A stretch of 64,000 bases of DNA from an uncultured delta proteobacterium (GTDB taxonomy: Bacteria > Desulfobacterota > Binatia > UBA9968): positions 1 through 64,000 of the forward strand of contig CAVTUQ010000004.1 in assembly GCA_963737905.1 (NCBI GenBank). Direction: 5' to 3'. Shown in pieces: positions 38,850-49,456 of this stretch (the stretch's first letter is position 1; every line of letters begins with the position of its first letter). A program made the position numbers and the translations under genes. The notes under the pieces were generated by a model, which was given only the letters and a program-made list of their open reading frames with translations, ran no database searches and had not been told where the DNA came from.

Positions 38850-39992
38850 CTAATTCCAAAGTCGATTTGAAGCGATGGCCGCGCCTTCCGCCAGCGACTT
38901 AAGCTTGGCCCACGCGATGCGCGGGTCGATGGTCGCCTCTGTGCGCACGAACGTGCCGAAGCCGCAGTCCGTGCCCGCGATGACATTCTCACGGCCTACG
39001 ATCTCTGCGTAGCGAACAATCCGCTGTGCTACAAGCTCCGGGTGCTCGACGAAATTGGTCGTGGAGTCAATGACACCTGGAATGATGACCATGCCATCAG
39101 GGAGATGAAACTCCTTGAAGACGATCCACTCATGCTCATGTCTGGGGTTGGCACCCTCAAAAGAGATAGCGCCGACTTTGGCCATTAGCGCTACATCGAT
39201 GATCTCCGTGAGCGGAATGTCCAAATGGTGCGGGCCTTCGTAGTTGCCCCAGCACATATGGAGGCGCACCCGATCCGCCGGAATGTCCCGCAAGGCGTGA
39301 TTCAGGGCCGCCACGTGAAGCTCGGCGACCTTCTTGAACTCCTTTGTGCTCAGGTCGGAAAACCGGTTGTGGCGGCTCATGCACAAGTCGGGGCAGTCCA
39401 CCTGAAGCACGAAACCGGCTCGGTGGATGGCGTCGTATTCTTCTTTCAAGGCATCCACCAGGGCGTATAAATATTTCTCCTCGCTCCCATAGTATTGGTC
39501 TTTCATGAAATGAGGCACCACGCCGGGCGAAGCTGCGGTCATGAACACCGCCTCAGGTTGGACTTCTTTGACGGCGACCTGCAGGTTTTCAATGTCCCTG
39601 CGCACCGCATCTCGATCTTTCCAAGCGATCGGGCCCGTGCACGCGGGGCGCTCGGGAGCGGCTCTCCCCGTGCGACGAGCAGTGTACTCCGGGAAGTCCT
39701 TGGCTTCGCCCGAGACAGCGGCAGGCGTAGATTCACCCTCAAAGCCAGTTAGGCGGTCTTTCATGTAAGTCGAGTAACCGGGTTTGCCCTGTTCGCCGTC
39801 ATTGATCACTGTGACGCCAACCTCGGCCTGCCTGCACACCACCTCCATGACCGCAGAGCGGACGCGCATGGCGAGGGCGTCTTCGTCCACCGGTTGCTTC
39901 TTCTCCTTGCGCAGCATCATGTGAACGAGCTCCGTAGGACGGGGCAGGCTCCCGGTGTGCGTAGTGAGGATGTGATGAGTGCTGCGCTTCAT
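38850..39992 (-). CDS. Cobalamin-independent methionine synthase II family (single-barrel MetE-like)
   Basis: TTHTGSLPRP, DGE, LHMCWGNY, HEHE, GVID, TDCGF. Confidence 0.88.
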   Translation of the reverse strand: MKRSTHHILTTHTGSLPRPTELVHMMLRKEKKQPVDEDALAMRVRSAVMEVVCRQAEVGVTVINDGEQGKPGYSTYMKDRLTGFEGESTPAAVSGEAKDFPEYTARRTGRAAPERPACTGPIAWKDRDAVRRDIENLQVAVKEVQPEAVFMTAASPGVVPHFMKDQYYGSEEKYLYALVDALKEEYDAIHRAGFVLQVDCPDLCMSRHNRFSDLSTKEFKKVAELHVAALNHALRDIPADRVRLHMCWGNYEGPHHLDIPLTEIIDVALMAKVGAISFEGANPRHEHEWIVFKEFHLPDGMVIIPGVIDSTTNFVEHPELVAQRIVRYAEIVGRENVIAGTDCGFGTFVRTEATIDPRIAWAKLKSLAEGAAIASNRLWN

Positions 39993-40023
39993 AACTTGCC
40001 TCCATTCGATGGTCAGGCGTGAC

Positions 40024-41208
40024 TCAGCCCATCAGCCTGCCGGCCAGAGCGAGCAGGAGCGTATCGTTGCCGCGTGCGGCGATGAGCGACAGCCCAAGCG
40101 GGCAACCGTCGAGCTGTGCCAACGGCAGCGATACTTGGGGCAGGCGTGCCAAGCCAGCAATGCACAGGATTGGCAGCGCTCGGGCACGCAGGTCGTCGAG
40201 TACTTTTGACGGTGAGTTCCGGAGCAGCGCGATGCCGGGCGCGGACGGCAACGCGAGTACAGTTTTTTCCCCAAGCATTTCCGACATGCGGCGCGCGATC
40301 TCCTCACGCTGCATGCTAGCGCGCGTGATATCCCCGGGACCGACTGTCGCCGCCCAGGCAAAGCGTTCCTTGACTCCCGGCCCGATCGCAGGTTTTTCCC
40401 GCATAATCCACTCGCCGTGACAAGCCCATGCTTCGGCGCCCTGCAGGAAGCGGAAATAATCCATCCATCGCGTGAGCGGTTCGTCACCCACCGTCACAAA
40501 CTCGGGCATTCCGACCACCGCCGCTACTTTATCGATTGCGGACCGAAGCGCATGGGCAACGGCTTCTCCAGCGACTTCGAAGGCGTCTTGTGCGATGAGC
40601 AAGCGCTCAGGCCGCGGCGTGGACGCCTCGTCGCGAAGCAGGGTTCTCCCGACGCGTTCGAAGACCCCGACGTCGCGCGCAAACCAGCCGCAGGTATCGA
40701 AGCTCGGGGCTAGCGGACACACGCCATCGAGCGGAATGCGCCCGTGTGTGGGTCGCATACCGAGGATCCCGCAGAAGCTTGCCGGAACGCGCACGGAGCC
40801 GCCGGTGTCGCTGCCGATGGCGAAATCCACCACATTGGCAGCGACGACAGAGGCCGAACCACTGGACGAACCGCCGGTAACGCGCCCCGGCGCGTTCACG
40901 TTCACCGGTGCGCCGTAGTGCGCATTCTCTCCCGTGAGACCCCAGGTCAGTTCGTCGGTGTGGGTCTTGCCGACGAGATCTGCGCCCGCGTCGAGCAGCC
41001 GCTGAACGGCGGGCGCCGTGCGAGCCGCGGGCCTATGGGTGCGCAGCCAGTCGGGGCTGCCGAAGCCGGTCCTGTGGCCGGCGACATCGTAGATGTCTTT
41101 GACGGCGAACTTAAGCCCCCGCAGCGGCCCGTGCGACGCGCCCGCCATCTCGACGTGGGTGTCGCGGCAAAAAGCTCCGAGCCGATCGTTGGCGACGATC
41201 TCGTTCAC
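40024..41208 (-). CDS. Amidase signature family protein
   Basis: AVKD, GGSSSGSA, GSDTGGSVRVPASFCG. Confidence 0.9.
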   Translation of the reverse strand: MNEIVANDRLGAFCRDTHVEMAGASHGPLRGLKFAVKDIYDVAGHRTGFGSPDWLRTHRPAARTAPAVQRLLDAGADLVGKTHTDELTWGLTGENAHYGAPVNVNAPGRVTGGSSSGSASVVAANVVDFAIGSDTGGSVRVPASFCGILGMRPTHGRIPLDGVCPLAPSFDTCGWFARDVGVFERVGRTLLRDEASTPRPERLLIAQDAFEVAGEAVAHALRSAIDKVAAVVGMPEFVTVGDEPLTRWMDYFRFLQGAEAWACHGEWIMREKPAIGPGVKERFAWAATVGPGDITRASMQREEIARRMSEMLGEKTVLALPSAPGIALLRNSPSKVLDDLRARALPILCIAGLARLPQVSLPLAQLDGCPLGLSLIAARGNDTLLLALAGRLMG

Positions 41209-41220
41209 TGAATTGGTGGA

Positions 41221-41302
41221 ACGCAGATAAACACAGACAATTCAGACCCGGAAGCGTGCTTAACCGGGACTTTAATCCGCACATATCTGCGGGTGTCTGT
41301 GG
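41221..41302. repeat. Inverted tandem-repeat hairpin with a 10-nt unit
   Basis: ACGCAGATAA ACACAGACAA TTCAGAC ... ATCCGCACAT ATCTGCGGGT GTCTGTGG. Confidence 0.65.
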
Positions 41303-41307
41303 CTAAA

Positions 41308-41409
41308 TCACACATCAACTTTTGTTGGTTCGTAGCCGAGTTTTTCGCGGATAGCGTTGAGGCCATCGTTGCTCAGGATCATGAAGTGATAATGGTGGAC
41401 CATATCCAA
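41308..41409 (-). pseudogene. Possible orphan 3' gene tail upstream of the amidase
   Basis: ...LDMVHHYHFMILSNDGLNAIREKLGYEPTKVDV* has coding-like composition and begins abruptly at TAGTGGGCTGCCCGG. Confidence 0.3.
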
Positions 41410-41691
41410 TAGTGGGCTGCCCGGTCAACACTTTGGGTTTTAACGGCCTAAACCCGGCGACCCCTGAGCTTCGGGCGGTATGCGCGAAACAAGACTTGCA
41501 GTTTTCGTCGGCCGAGGCACTATCAGTACCTGTCCGGGAAGGTCGGCTTTTCTAGCGCCAGCAATCACATTAGAACCGTTATCTAAGGGTGGCAAGAAGC
41601 CAGCTTCTGTTGTCGGCGCAGATTTGGATTGACAGGAATAGCAGTAATTCATAGCATCCGGCTGTCCGTATATCCGACCGAGGAGATCAGC

Positions 41692-42767
41692 ATGTCTCGA
41701 GTTATTCGAAGAGCCGGTTTTCTACTCAATATCGCAATCTTGATATTCTCCGCCACAAATGCGCTTGCGCGGGAGCGCGGCTATGACGGTCCGCACAAGT
41801 AGCCCTCTATCAAGGCGCCGATCGCGAAAAAATTCTCATCGAAGGCGCCAAAAAAGAAGGCCAGTTCACGCTCTACGACTCCCATACCTGGTTTCGAACC
41901 ATCGCCAAGGAGTTCGAGAAGAAATACCCGTTCGTCAAAGTTTCTGAATTTCGCACCGATGGCAGGAGCCTGATTAAGCGGGCGCTCGAGGAAATCGCGG
42001 CAGGCCAGTATATCGCGGACGTCATCGCGACGACTTCCGAACAGATGGCGATCATGAAACGGGAGGGCGTGTTTCAAGAATACACCTTGGCAGACGCGCG
42101 TTATTACCCGGATGACGTCAAAATGAAAGGGAAAAACGGTTTCTACTATATCGGGCACTACGAGACCTACAACAGCCTCGGGTTCAACACTTCGCTGATT
42201 TCTCCCGCGGAAGCGCCGAAAACCATGAGTGATCTGTTGAACCCGAAATGGAAAGGAAAAATGTCCATCGTCAGTACCACCACAGGAACTCGATGGATCG
42301 GCAGCACGCTGAATGTCATGGGGCGCGAGTTCCTTGACAAGATGGCGGATCAAGAAGTGAAGATGCAAACCATGTCCGGCGCGGCTTTGGCGGGCTTGGT
42401 CGTCTCGGGTGAGGTCCCGTTATCACCCACCATCTTTGACGCTAACATTCATACGGCAAAACAGAAAGGGGCGCCGGTGGAATGGCGCCCGCTAGACCCG
42501 GTCGTGACCACAGTCAGCTATTCCGGATTGACTCTGAGGGCACCCCATCCCCACGCCGGTCTCCTATTTCTCGATTATCTTCACTCCAAAGAAGGACAAC
42601 AGCTCATCATGAAGGGTGGTCTGTGGTCGCCGCGTGAGGATATCGCAACATTGGATCAAAAGTTCAAGAAATCTTACATCGACGAAAAATACTCACTCGA
42701 TGAAGCGGAGAAGAAGTTCGCCGAGTGGGACAAGCTGATGCAGCAGCTTTTTATCCGCAGAAAGTAG
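41692..42767 (+). CDS. ABC solute-binding protein, paralog of 36701-37789; frameshifted at about 41770-41795
   Basis: AGGAG RBS and a signal peptide from ATG 41692. AQVALYQGADREKILIEGAKKEG.. lies in the frame of ORF 42045-42767. TTGACA-17-TAGCAT promoter upstream. Confidence 0.8.
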
Positions 42768-42849
42768 TGACTGCAATTTAAAATCGACAGAGCGAGCTCA
42801 AGAGACATGGGCGACAGATCACTCCAGCTCGAACTTTTGAAAAATCGTC

Positions 42850-42885
42850 TTGAACGATTTGAACTTTTTGAACGGCTTGAACCGA
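42850..42885 (-). repeat. 9-bp tandem array TTGAACnnn x4
   Basis: TTGAACGAT TTGAACTTT TTGAACGGC TTGAACCGA, 5 nt past the stop of the minus-strand gene. Confidence 0.85.
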
Positions 42886-42889
42886 TTAG

Positions 42890-43738
42890 TTATTCCCCCG
42901 CGTAGTACTTTCTTGCCCACGCCGCGATATCCCCACGCCGGGCAAACCAGACATCTTTGTGGCCCTTGGCGTATTTGATGATCTGCTCGAACGTATCGAT
43001 AGCTGGGACGCGTGAGCTCAAGTAGCCGTGCGTGATCACGTTCATCATGGTGGGATTTTCCGGTCCAATCTTGTAGCGGTAATCAAACTCATCTTTGAAC
43101 TTCTCAAAAAAGTCGTGACGCGTGCCTTCCTCCTGCATCCGGTGATCGTTGATCGTGTACTGATGCGGGATCATGATAAGCATTTTGTCGCCGATCTTGA
43201 TCGGATAGGGCATTTCATCGTCGTGGTAGTCGCAGTTATAGAGCAGACCCGCCTCAAGATTCAGCTCCAGAGTGTTATCTGTGGAGCGGACACCCGGTGA
43301 AGACCAGCCGGTGGGACGTTCGCCAGTGAGTTTCGTGATCGCTTCGACAGTCTTGAAGACATTTTCCCGCTCCTGGTCTCGCGTAAGCATGAAGAGATAT
43401 TCCCCCTGATCCCAGCCATGGGCGACCATCTCGTGGCCGCGGCCATGCGCATACTTCACGAGATCGGGCCAGTATTCGCAAGTGAGACCATTAATCGGCA
43501 TGCTCACTTTCAGATCGTACTTGTCGCAAATGTCGAGGAGCCGCCTTACGCCGATTTTCCCGCCAAAATCTCTGAACGTCTCCGTGGAATAGTCGTGCTT
43601 GCATAGTGCATTGGCCGGTAATGGTGACTGCAGGGCTCCGCCACGTGACGGTTTGTTTCTGTCCCAGCATTCGAAAGCAATGCCGAGCACGAACGCGATC
43701 CTTGCATTGTTGGGCCACTTGAAAGGTTGCTGAACCAT
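42890..43738 (-). CDS. Polysaccharide deacetylase (PuuE-like) family protein
   Basis: WPNNARIA, FGGKIGVRRL, HEMVAHGW, GWSSPG, VWFAR. Confidence 0.85.
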   Translation of the reverse strand: MVQQPFKWPNNARIAFVLGIAFECWDRNKPSRGGALQSPLPANALCKHDYSTETFRDFGGKIGVRRLLDICDKYDLKVSMPINGLTCEYWPDLVKYAHGRGHEMVAHGWDQGEYLFMLTRDQERENVFKTVEAITKLTGERPTGWSSPGVRSTDNTLELNLEAGLLYNCDYHDDEMPYPIKIGDKMLIMIPHQYTINDHRMQEEGTRHDFFEKFKDEFDYRYKIGPENPTMMNVITHGYLSSRVPAIDTFEQIIKYAKGHKDVWFARRGDIAAWARKYYAGE

Positions 43739-43830
43739 ATCGAGTTCCTCCAGGGACTAAGGCTGTTGACTTCCAGTAACGAAGCGACTTATAGCCAAAG
43801 AGTCTGAAATGAGCAAGGAGGAAACGCTTC

Positions 43831-45474
43831 ATGAAACCGAGAGCGCTCGCATATCCAGATTTAATATTGTTCAATGGCAAAATCCGCAGCTTCGCCGCAG
43901 ATAACTCGATTCAAGAGGCAGTGGCCTGCGCCGGCGGGCGCATCGTTGCAACCGGCAAATCCGACGACGTCCGCCGCCTGGGTGGCGCTGACACTCAATC
44001 CATCGATCTTCAGGGGAGAACGACTATCCCGGGGCTGACGGACACCCACGTTCATCTGTCCGAAAAAGGCACGGCGGAGATGGAATTGATCGACTGCCGG
44101 GATTTCTACACCGATGTTCATTCCATCGCCGACATTCTAGAGCGCCTCGCCAAACGGGCGGCCGACGCCCCCAAGGGTTCATGGATCGTCGCCCATGGCA
44201 GCCCAATGCAGGACTTTCGCCTAAAAGACAAGCGGTTTCCCGACAAGCATGACCTCGATGGTGCAGTGCCCGATAACCCGGTATCGATCTCATTCGGAGC
44301 CCATATCACCGTCGGCAATAGTCCCGCGTTGGCGGCAGCGAAAATAACTCGCGACACTCCCGATCCGGCCGGAGGGCATATTAAACATGATTCGCAAACG
44401 GGCGAGCCTACGGGAGAACTGCACGAACGGGCACAACTGATATTGCGCAAAGTCGCGCCGGAATTTAATTACCTTCAACTGAAGGACGGTATCGTCTTTG
44501 CGCTGAATCAATGTCTCGAACGCGGTGTCACTACCGTCCACGACATCGTCCGCTACGCAGAACCGGTGCGTGCCTATCAGGAACTTTACAAAGAAGGCCG
44601 CATGCACGCCCGCGTGAGCCTCTTGCCGCGGGTGATCGAGTCGATGATCGAATCCAAGAGCTTGATCGAGCTCGGTCTAACGACCGGTTTTGGCAACGAC
44701 TGGCTACGCATCGGCGGCGTAAAAATGAGTATCGACGGCGGCATCACCGGCCGCAACGCGTGCTTCTACGATCCTTATGAAGACGATGAACACAATTACG
44801 GTATCATCAGAATCCAGCAGGACGAATTGAATGATACTGTCCAGAAGTGCCACGACGCGGGCCTGCGCTGCTGCGTGCACGCCATCGGTGACCGCGCTTT
44901 CGATATGGCGCTGAATGCGTATGAAAATGCCATTCAAAAATCGCCGCGCAAAGACCATCGCCACCGCATCGAGCACATGGGCAACTGGCTAAGCACTCAA
45001 GAGCGCATGCAGCGGATGGTGCGCTCCGGCATCATCGCCATCCCAAATATCGCCATCGGCTATTATGTAGGCGATGCCATTCTTGATTGCGTCGGGGAAA
45101 AGCGGTTGACGAAGGCGTTTCCTTTCAGGACGCTGTTAAGGAACGGAGTCATAATCGCCGGCGGCTCCGACTCGCCGGGTTACTGGCCCGTCGACCCTTT
45201 GCGGGATATCGCCGCATGCGTTTCGCGCAAGATGCGCTGGGGTGAAGTCTGGATACCGGAGGAGAGAATCACCACGGCCGAGGCCTTTGCTATGCACACC
45301 ACAACGGCGGCCTATGTGGGCTTCGAAGAAAACGATAAAGGAACATTGGAGCGCGGCAAATTAGCCGATATGGCCGTGCTGGCTGAAGACCCGTTTGAGA
45401 TTCCGGGCGAACGGATCAAGGACTTGTCGGTAGAAATGACAATCGTCGGCGGCGAGATTAAATACCAGGCTTAA
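43831..45474 (+). CDS. Amidohydrolase_3 (YtcJ-like) protein
   Basis: PGLTDTHVH, GEPTG, GVKMSIDG, HAIGDRA, RHRIEH, GSDSP, GKLAD. Confidence 0.9.
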   Translation: MKPRALAYPDLILFNGKIRSFAADNSIQEAVACAGGRIVATGKSDDVRRLGGADTQSIDLQGRTTIPGLTDTHVHLSEKGTAEMELIDCRDFYTDVHSIADILERLAKRAADAPKGSWIVAHGSPMQDFRLKDKRFPDKHDLDGAVPDNPVSISFGAHITVGNSPALAAAKITRDTPDPAGGHIKHDSQTGEPTGELHERAQLILRKVAPEFNYLQLKDGIVFALNQCLERGVTTVHDIVRYAEPVRAYQELYKEGRMHARVSLLPRVIESMIESKSLIELGLTTGFGNDWLRIGGVKMSIDGGITGRNACFYDPYEDDEHNYGIIRIQQDELNDTVQKCHDAGLRCCVHAIGDRAFDMALNAYENAIQKSPRKDHRHRIEHMGNWLSTQERMQRMVRSGIIAIPNIAIGYYVGDAILDCVGEKRLTKAFPFRTLLRNGVIIAGGSDSPGYWPVDPLRDIAACVSRKMRWGEVWIPEERITTAEAFAMHTTTAAYVGFEENDKGTLERGKLADMAVLAEDPFEIPGERIKDLSVEMTIVGGEIKYQA

Positions 45475-45488
45475 GCGAACAACCGGAC

Positions 45489-46035
45489 TCAGTTTGTATG
45501 GTTCACGCTCACAAACGGCCGGTGCGAATTTTTGTCTTGCGCGGCAGCAATTTTTTTCCTCTGCTTGTAAATGTGAACACAGACTTCTTCAATCACCGTC
45601 GTTTGCGCCTCACCCTGTTCCTTGCGGTCCACCGGGCAGGGTTCGTATTGAATAGTGACCGATTGGATTTTGTCGGACTGGTCTTGCCACGAAACTCTAA
45701 TGAGTCGACCGCGCAGGCGGTCGACGTAGTTCCCAGCCAGACGAAGGACTTGGGACAGACTCAAGAGATTCGGCGGGCCGGGAAGCGATTTTTCGTCGCT
45801 CTTTTCCCTCGTTCTCTAATCTCTTCAAATCCTCCGGGCCGCAGTGTTTCTCCAGGTCCATCGCAGTCGAAGTGCCTTTATTCCAGGCCTGGATAATGTA
45901 GTTCTCGCCGTGGGTCTTCACTTCCACAGCCTTAAGCTCCAACGATTCCAGACTTTGCCCTATGCACCGCAAAGCATTCGCGTAAAAAGTTCGGGTTTGC
46001 GAAACCTGTTTTAAGCTTGCGCCGTTGTTCGTCAT
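45489..46035 (-). CDS. Hypothetical protein with two internal repeats; +1 frameshift in an A-run near 45790
   Basis: YANALRCIGQSLE.. and LSQVLRLAGNYVD.. halves are joined if one A is removed from CGAAAAATCG. Confidence 0.6.
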
Positions 46036-46049
46036 AGGGAACGGTGGAG

Positions 46050-46066
46050 AGCAACGACTGTGCCAA
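46050..46066 (-). promoter_or_regulatory. Sigma54 (-24/-12) promoter
   Basis: Minus-strand TTGGCACAGTCGTTGCT matches TGGCAC-N5-TTGC(A/T) and lies about 15 nt upstream of ATG 46035. Confidence 0.75.
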
Positions 46067-46275
46067 GACAGGTCACGAAAGATAAACGTATTTGTGGCGA
46101 ACCTGAGCGGTTCCCGTGCAAAAATGTGCGTCTGAGTGACAAAGTCGTCGGGGCGTAAAGCTTGTCCTTTTTGGCTTTTAAGCTAACTCACAGGAGATCA
46201 GCGGCTCGCCCGGTATTCGCTCAACCGAGGCGAGCCACTGTGGTGTGATCTTAGAAGAAGCCTGAGTATTTCGAG

Positions 46276-47814
46276 TCAGGAGCGAATCTTCATTTCGTAA
46301 CTAAAAACTCTTTCGCCAGGTGTCGCCTTCCAGACAACATTCCGGGCGACGCCATAGATTTCAGCCAGCGTATAGAGAGGAACGAAAGGCGCGTCTTCCA
46401 TGAGGATACGACCCGCCTGCTGCATGAGTGCAGTGCGTTTTTTCATATCTCCGGTGGTTTGCTCCTCGTCGATTAATTTGTCGAACTCCGGATTTTTATA
46501 GTCGAGACGTTTCGTGACTCCCGAGCGAAAATACTGCTCATAGACCGTGTCCGCATCGACCGCCGGACGCCCGACATAATAAAAGGGAATCTTGCCGCCA
46601 TTCACCCCTTCGTTGCCCCAAAAAACCGCAAACTCTTGCGCTACGAGCTCCGTTCTCACGTCCGCTCTTCGCAACTGATCCACGATAACTTGGCACACTT
46701 CCCGCGCTTTGGGATAGCGATCGGGTGAAAGATAAAGCTTAACGTCGACGCCGTTTGGATAACCCGCTTTCGCCAGAAGTTCTTTCGCCTTTTTGGGGTC
46801 CAGTGGATATCTCTTAGTTTTTGGATCGGCGCCAATCACATTCGACGCCACCGGCCCATCCATGACGTAGCCATTGCCTTCATAGATATGCTTGATAATG
46901 ACCGAAGGGTCGATCGCGTAATTAAACGCTTGTCGCACGAGCTTGTTGTCGAAAGGCTTATAGGCCGGGTTTAGCACGAGAAAATACATGCGCTGCCCTT
47001 GTGCTCTCTCGATACGCGTGCGCGGATTTTTTTCGATGCGCGGTACATCTTCCACGGGAACATTGTTGATGACGTCGCCCTGACCGGCCAAAAGGCCCGC
47101 GACCCGCGCCGCGTCCTCTCCCACCTTGCGCGTCACGATTTCTTTGATGTCCGCCTTGGGCCCCCAATAATCATCGTTGCGCGTTAGAACCAGCTGACCA
47201 TCCCGCTGCCAGCTAACGAATTTGTAGGGGCCCGTTCCCGTGGGATGTTGATCGACGTCGCTGCCGTACTTATCGGCCGCCGTCTTGCTGAAAATGAAGC
47301 GGTTGGTCAGACGGTCGGGCATGACGGCGGTTGGTGTCTTGGTCGTCATGACGAGAGTGTGATCGTCCGCCGGCTTCATTTCCACGATGTCAGTTAGGGC
47401 ATACCGTTGCGGGCTTTTTTTATCGTTCAAGATTCTCTGGAACGAATAGATCACGTCCTTGGCGGTAAATAACGAGCCATCGTGAAAACGCGCGTCTTTT
47501 TTGAGATTAAAGACCCATTGCTTACCTTGAAACTCCCACGATTCCGCGAGCACGCCGACGTAGTCCATCTTGACGTAATCAACCTCAACCAGAGGCTCGG
47601 CGATGTGATTCCAGATGCCATATTCGGGGCTGGACGAGGAAGAATAGGGTTGGAGAGAGCTCAAACTGACGCTACTCAAGATCGTAAGCCGCTCCTTGGA
47701 TGCCGCCTCGCTCGACCGATACCACGAAGCGCCGCCTAAGAATGCTCCTAGACCTGCGAGCGTGCTGTTTCTCAAAAACTCTCTACGATTGACACCTTTT
47801 TTTTGTGACCTCAT
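46276..47814 (-). CDS. Family 5 (DppA/OppA-like) ABC substrate-binding protein with Tat signal
   Basis: NRREFL, LAESWE, FHDG, GTGPYK, VRQAFNYAID, KAKELLAKAGY. Confidence 0.9.
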   Translation of the reverse strand: MRSQKKGVNRREFLRNSTLAGLGAFLGGASWYRSSEAASKERLTILSSVSLSSLQPYSSSSSPEYGIWNHIAEPLVEVDYVKMDYVGVLAESWEFQGKQWVFNLKKDARFHDGSLFTAKDVIYSFQRILNDKKSPQRYALTDIVEMKPADDHTLVMTTKTPTAVMPDRLTNRFIFSKTAADKYGSDVDQHPTGTGPYKFVSWQRDGQLVLTRNDDYWGPKADIKEIVTRKVGEDAARVAGLLAGQGDVINNVPVEDVPRIEKNPRTRIERAQGQRMYFLVLNPAYKPFDNKLVRQAFNYAIDPSVIIKHIYEGNGYVMDGPVASNVIGADPKTKRYPLDPKKAKELLAKAGYPNGVDVKLYLSPDRYPKAREVCQVIVDQLRRADVRTELVAQEFAVFWGNEGVNGGKIPFYYVGRPAVDADTVYEQYFRSGVTKRLDYKNPEFDKLIDEEQTTGDMKKRTALMQQAGRILMEDAPFVPLYTLAEIYGVARNVVWKATPGERVFSYEMKIRS

Positions 47815-47878
47815 ACAAACCTCCCGTGTTCAAGGATCGAATTTGTTGGCTGTGACCAAATCAAATCACCAAAAACTC

Positions 47879-49417
47879 TTAGCGGATCTTCATATCCCAC
47901 GCAAGAACCTTCTCGTCGGGTCTCAGTTTCCAATTCACATTCTTCGCGACTCCATAGATGTCCGCCAGATTGTAAAGCGGCACGAACGGGGCCTCTTCCA
48001 TGATAATTTTCCCCGCCTGTTGCAATATAGCTGTCCGTTTCTTCATGTCCGGAGTTTTCTGCTGCTCTTCGACCAGTTTATCGAGTTCCGGGTTGCTATA
48101 GTTCGAGCGTTTGGTTGTTCCCGTTCTGAAGTACTGGTCATACAACGTATCGGCGTCGGTCAGCGAACCGCGTCCGATATAGTAGAAGGGCAGCTTGCCG
48201 CCATTCACCCCTGTGGTTTCCCAAAAGATCGCCCATTCTTGAGAAATCAGTTCTACCCGAAAACCGCCCTTTACCATCTGGGCCGCAACCACCTGACAAA
48301 CTTCCATGTCTTTCGGATAGCGGCCCGCGGAATAGTAGAGCTGCACGTCGCAACCGTTGGGATAACCTGCCTGTGCGAGAAGCTCCTTCGCTCTCTTGGG
48401 ATCGTAAGGATACCGTTTGAGTTTAGGATCAGCGCCGAGGACATTGGATCCTACCGGGCCGTTGATCGAGTAACCGATGCCGTCAAATATGTTCTTGATA
48501 ATAGCCGGCCCGTCGACGGCATAGTTGACCGCCTGCCGGACCAGCTTGTTGTCGAATGGCTTGTGGGCGACATTGAAAGCCAAAAAAAACATCCGCAGCC
48601 CTTCAATCCTTTCAATATTGACGCGCGGATGATTCTGCAGCCGGGCCACTTCATGAACAGGAACATTATTGACGAGATCCGCCTGGCCGGACTCCAGGGC
48701 CGCAAGGCGCGCGGCGTCTTCGGTTACTTTACGAAAAACAACCTCTTTGATATCCGCTTTGCCGCTCCAATAATCGTCGTTGCGAGTGAAAACAAAATTT
48801 CCACCCCTTTGATAGCTCACATATTTATAGGCGCCGGTACCAATGGGATGCTGATCCATCTGGTCACCATATTTCTCCGCCGCCGCCTTACTCAGAATGA
48901 AGCGGTTTTCCAGACGGTCCAGGAACACCGCCAGGGGTTGCTTGGTTACAAAAATCACCGTTTGATCATCGGGTGTCTGCACTTCCGTGACATCCTTGAA
49001 ATTGGACGCTTGAAGGCTGCCCCCTTTCTCATCCCTCATTCGATCAATGGAAAAGGCCACATCTTTGGAAGTAAGTGTCGCTCCGTTGTGAAACTTGATG
49101 CCCTTTTTCAGACGAAACACCCAGCGCTTCCCTTGGTATTCCCAGGACTCGGCGAGGATACCGACGTAGTCTTTGCGTTTATAATCGTATTCAACCAAGG
49201 GCTCCATGATATGCTGCCAGTCGCCGTAAATCGGGCTGGAACTGTGTCGATAGGGATGCAAGGAATCGGCAACGCTCGAATGATATATCGTAATTCGATC
49301 CCTGGAGGCAGCGAACCCGTCGCGCGCAATGTAAGGAGCCAACATCGCGCCGGCTCCCCAGGTCGCGCTTGTTTTCAGAAAATCTCTCCGGCTAATCCCG
49401 GCTTTCTTCTTCGTCAT
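47879..49417 (-). CDS. Family 5 ABC substrate-binding protein with Tat signal (tandem paralog)
   Basis: SRRDFLK, LAESWE, FHNG, GTGAYK, VRQAVNYAVD. GGAGG RBS before ATG 49417. Confidence 0.9.
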   Translation of the reverse strand: MTKKKAGISRRDFLKTSATWGAGAMLAPYIARDGFAASRDRITIYHSSVADSLHPYRHSSSPIYGDWQHIMEPLVEYDYKRKDYVGILAESWEYQGKRWVFRLKKGIKFHNGATLTSKDVAFSIDRMRDEKGGSLQASNFKDVTEVQTPDDQTVIFVTKQPLAVFLDRLENRFILSKAAAEKYGDQMDQHPIGTGAYKYVSYQRGGNFVFTRNDDYWSGKADIKEVVFRKVTEDAARLAALESGQADLVNNVPVHEVARLQNHPRVNIERIEGLRMFFLAFNVAHKPFDNKLVRQAVNYAVDGPAIIKNIFDGIGYSINGPVGSNVLGADPKLKRYPYDPKRAKELLAQAGYPNGCDVQLYYSAGRYPKDMEVCQVVAAQMVKGGFRVELISQEWAIFWETTGVNGGKLPFYYIGRGSLTDADTLYDQYFRTGTTKRSNYSNPELDKLVEEQQKTPDMKKRTAILQQAGKIIMEEAPFVPLYNLADIYGVAKNVNWKLRPDEKVLAWDMKIR

Positions 49418-49456
49418 GCGATCCTCCCAAAATAACAAATATAGTACCGCTTCTCT

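Noticed and set aside
38850-39992. Calling this metE
   Set aside because: It is a single-barrel family II protein without the folate-binding half, so methionine synthesis cannot be assumed.
42850-42885. TTGAAC arrays as CRISPR or iterons
   Set aside because: The period is 7-9 nt with no spacers, and there is no cas or rep gene. No CRISPR array was seen in the window.
46203-46236. Hairpin GGCTCGCC-CGGT...ACCG-A-GGCGAGCC as an intrinsic terminator or riboswitch
   Set aside because: No U-tract on the transcribed strand and no recognisable aptamer motif. Kept only as an unassigned hairpin.
47696-49435. 579-aa plus-strand ORF
   Set aside because: Antisense to a clear family 5 binding protein and has no motifs. 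The same applies to 7488-8456 and other long shadow ORFs in this GC-rich DNA.
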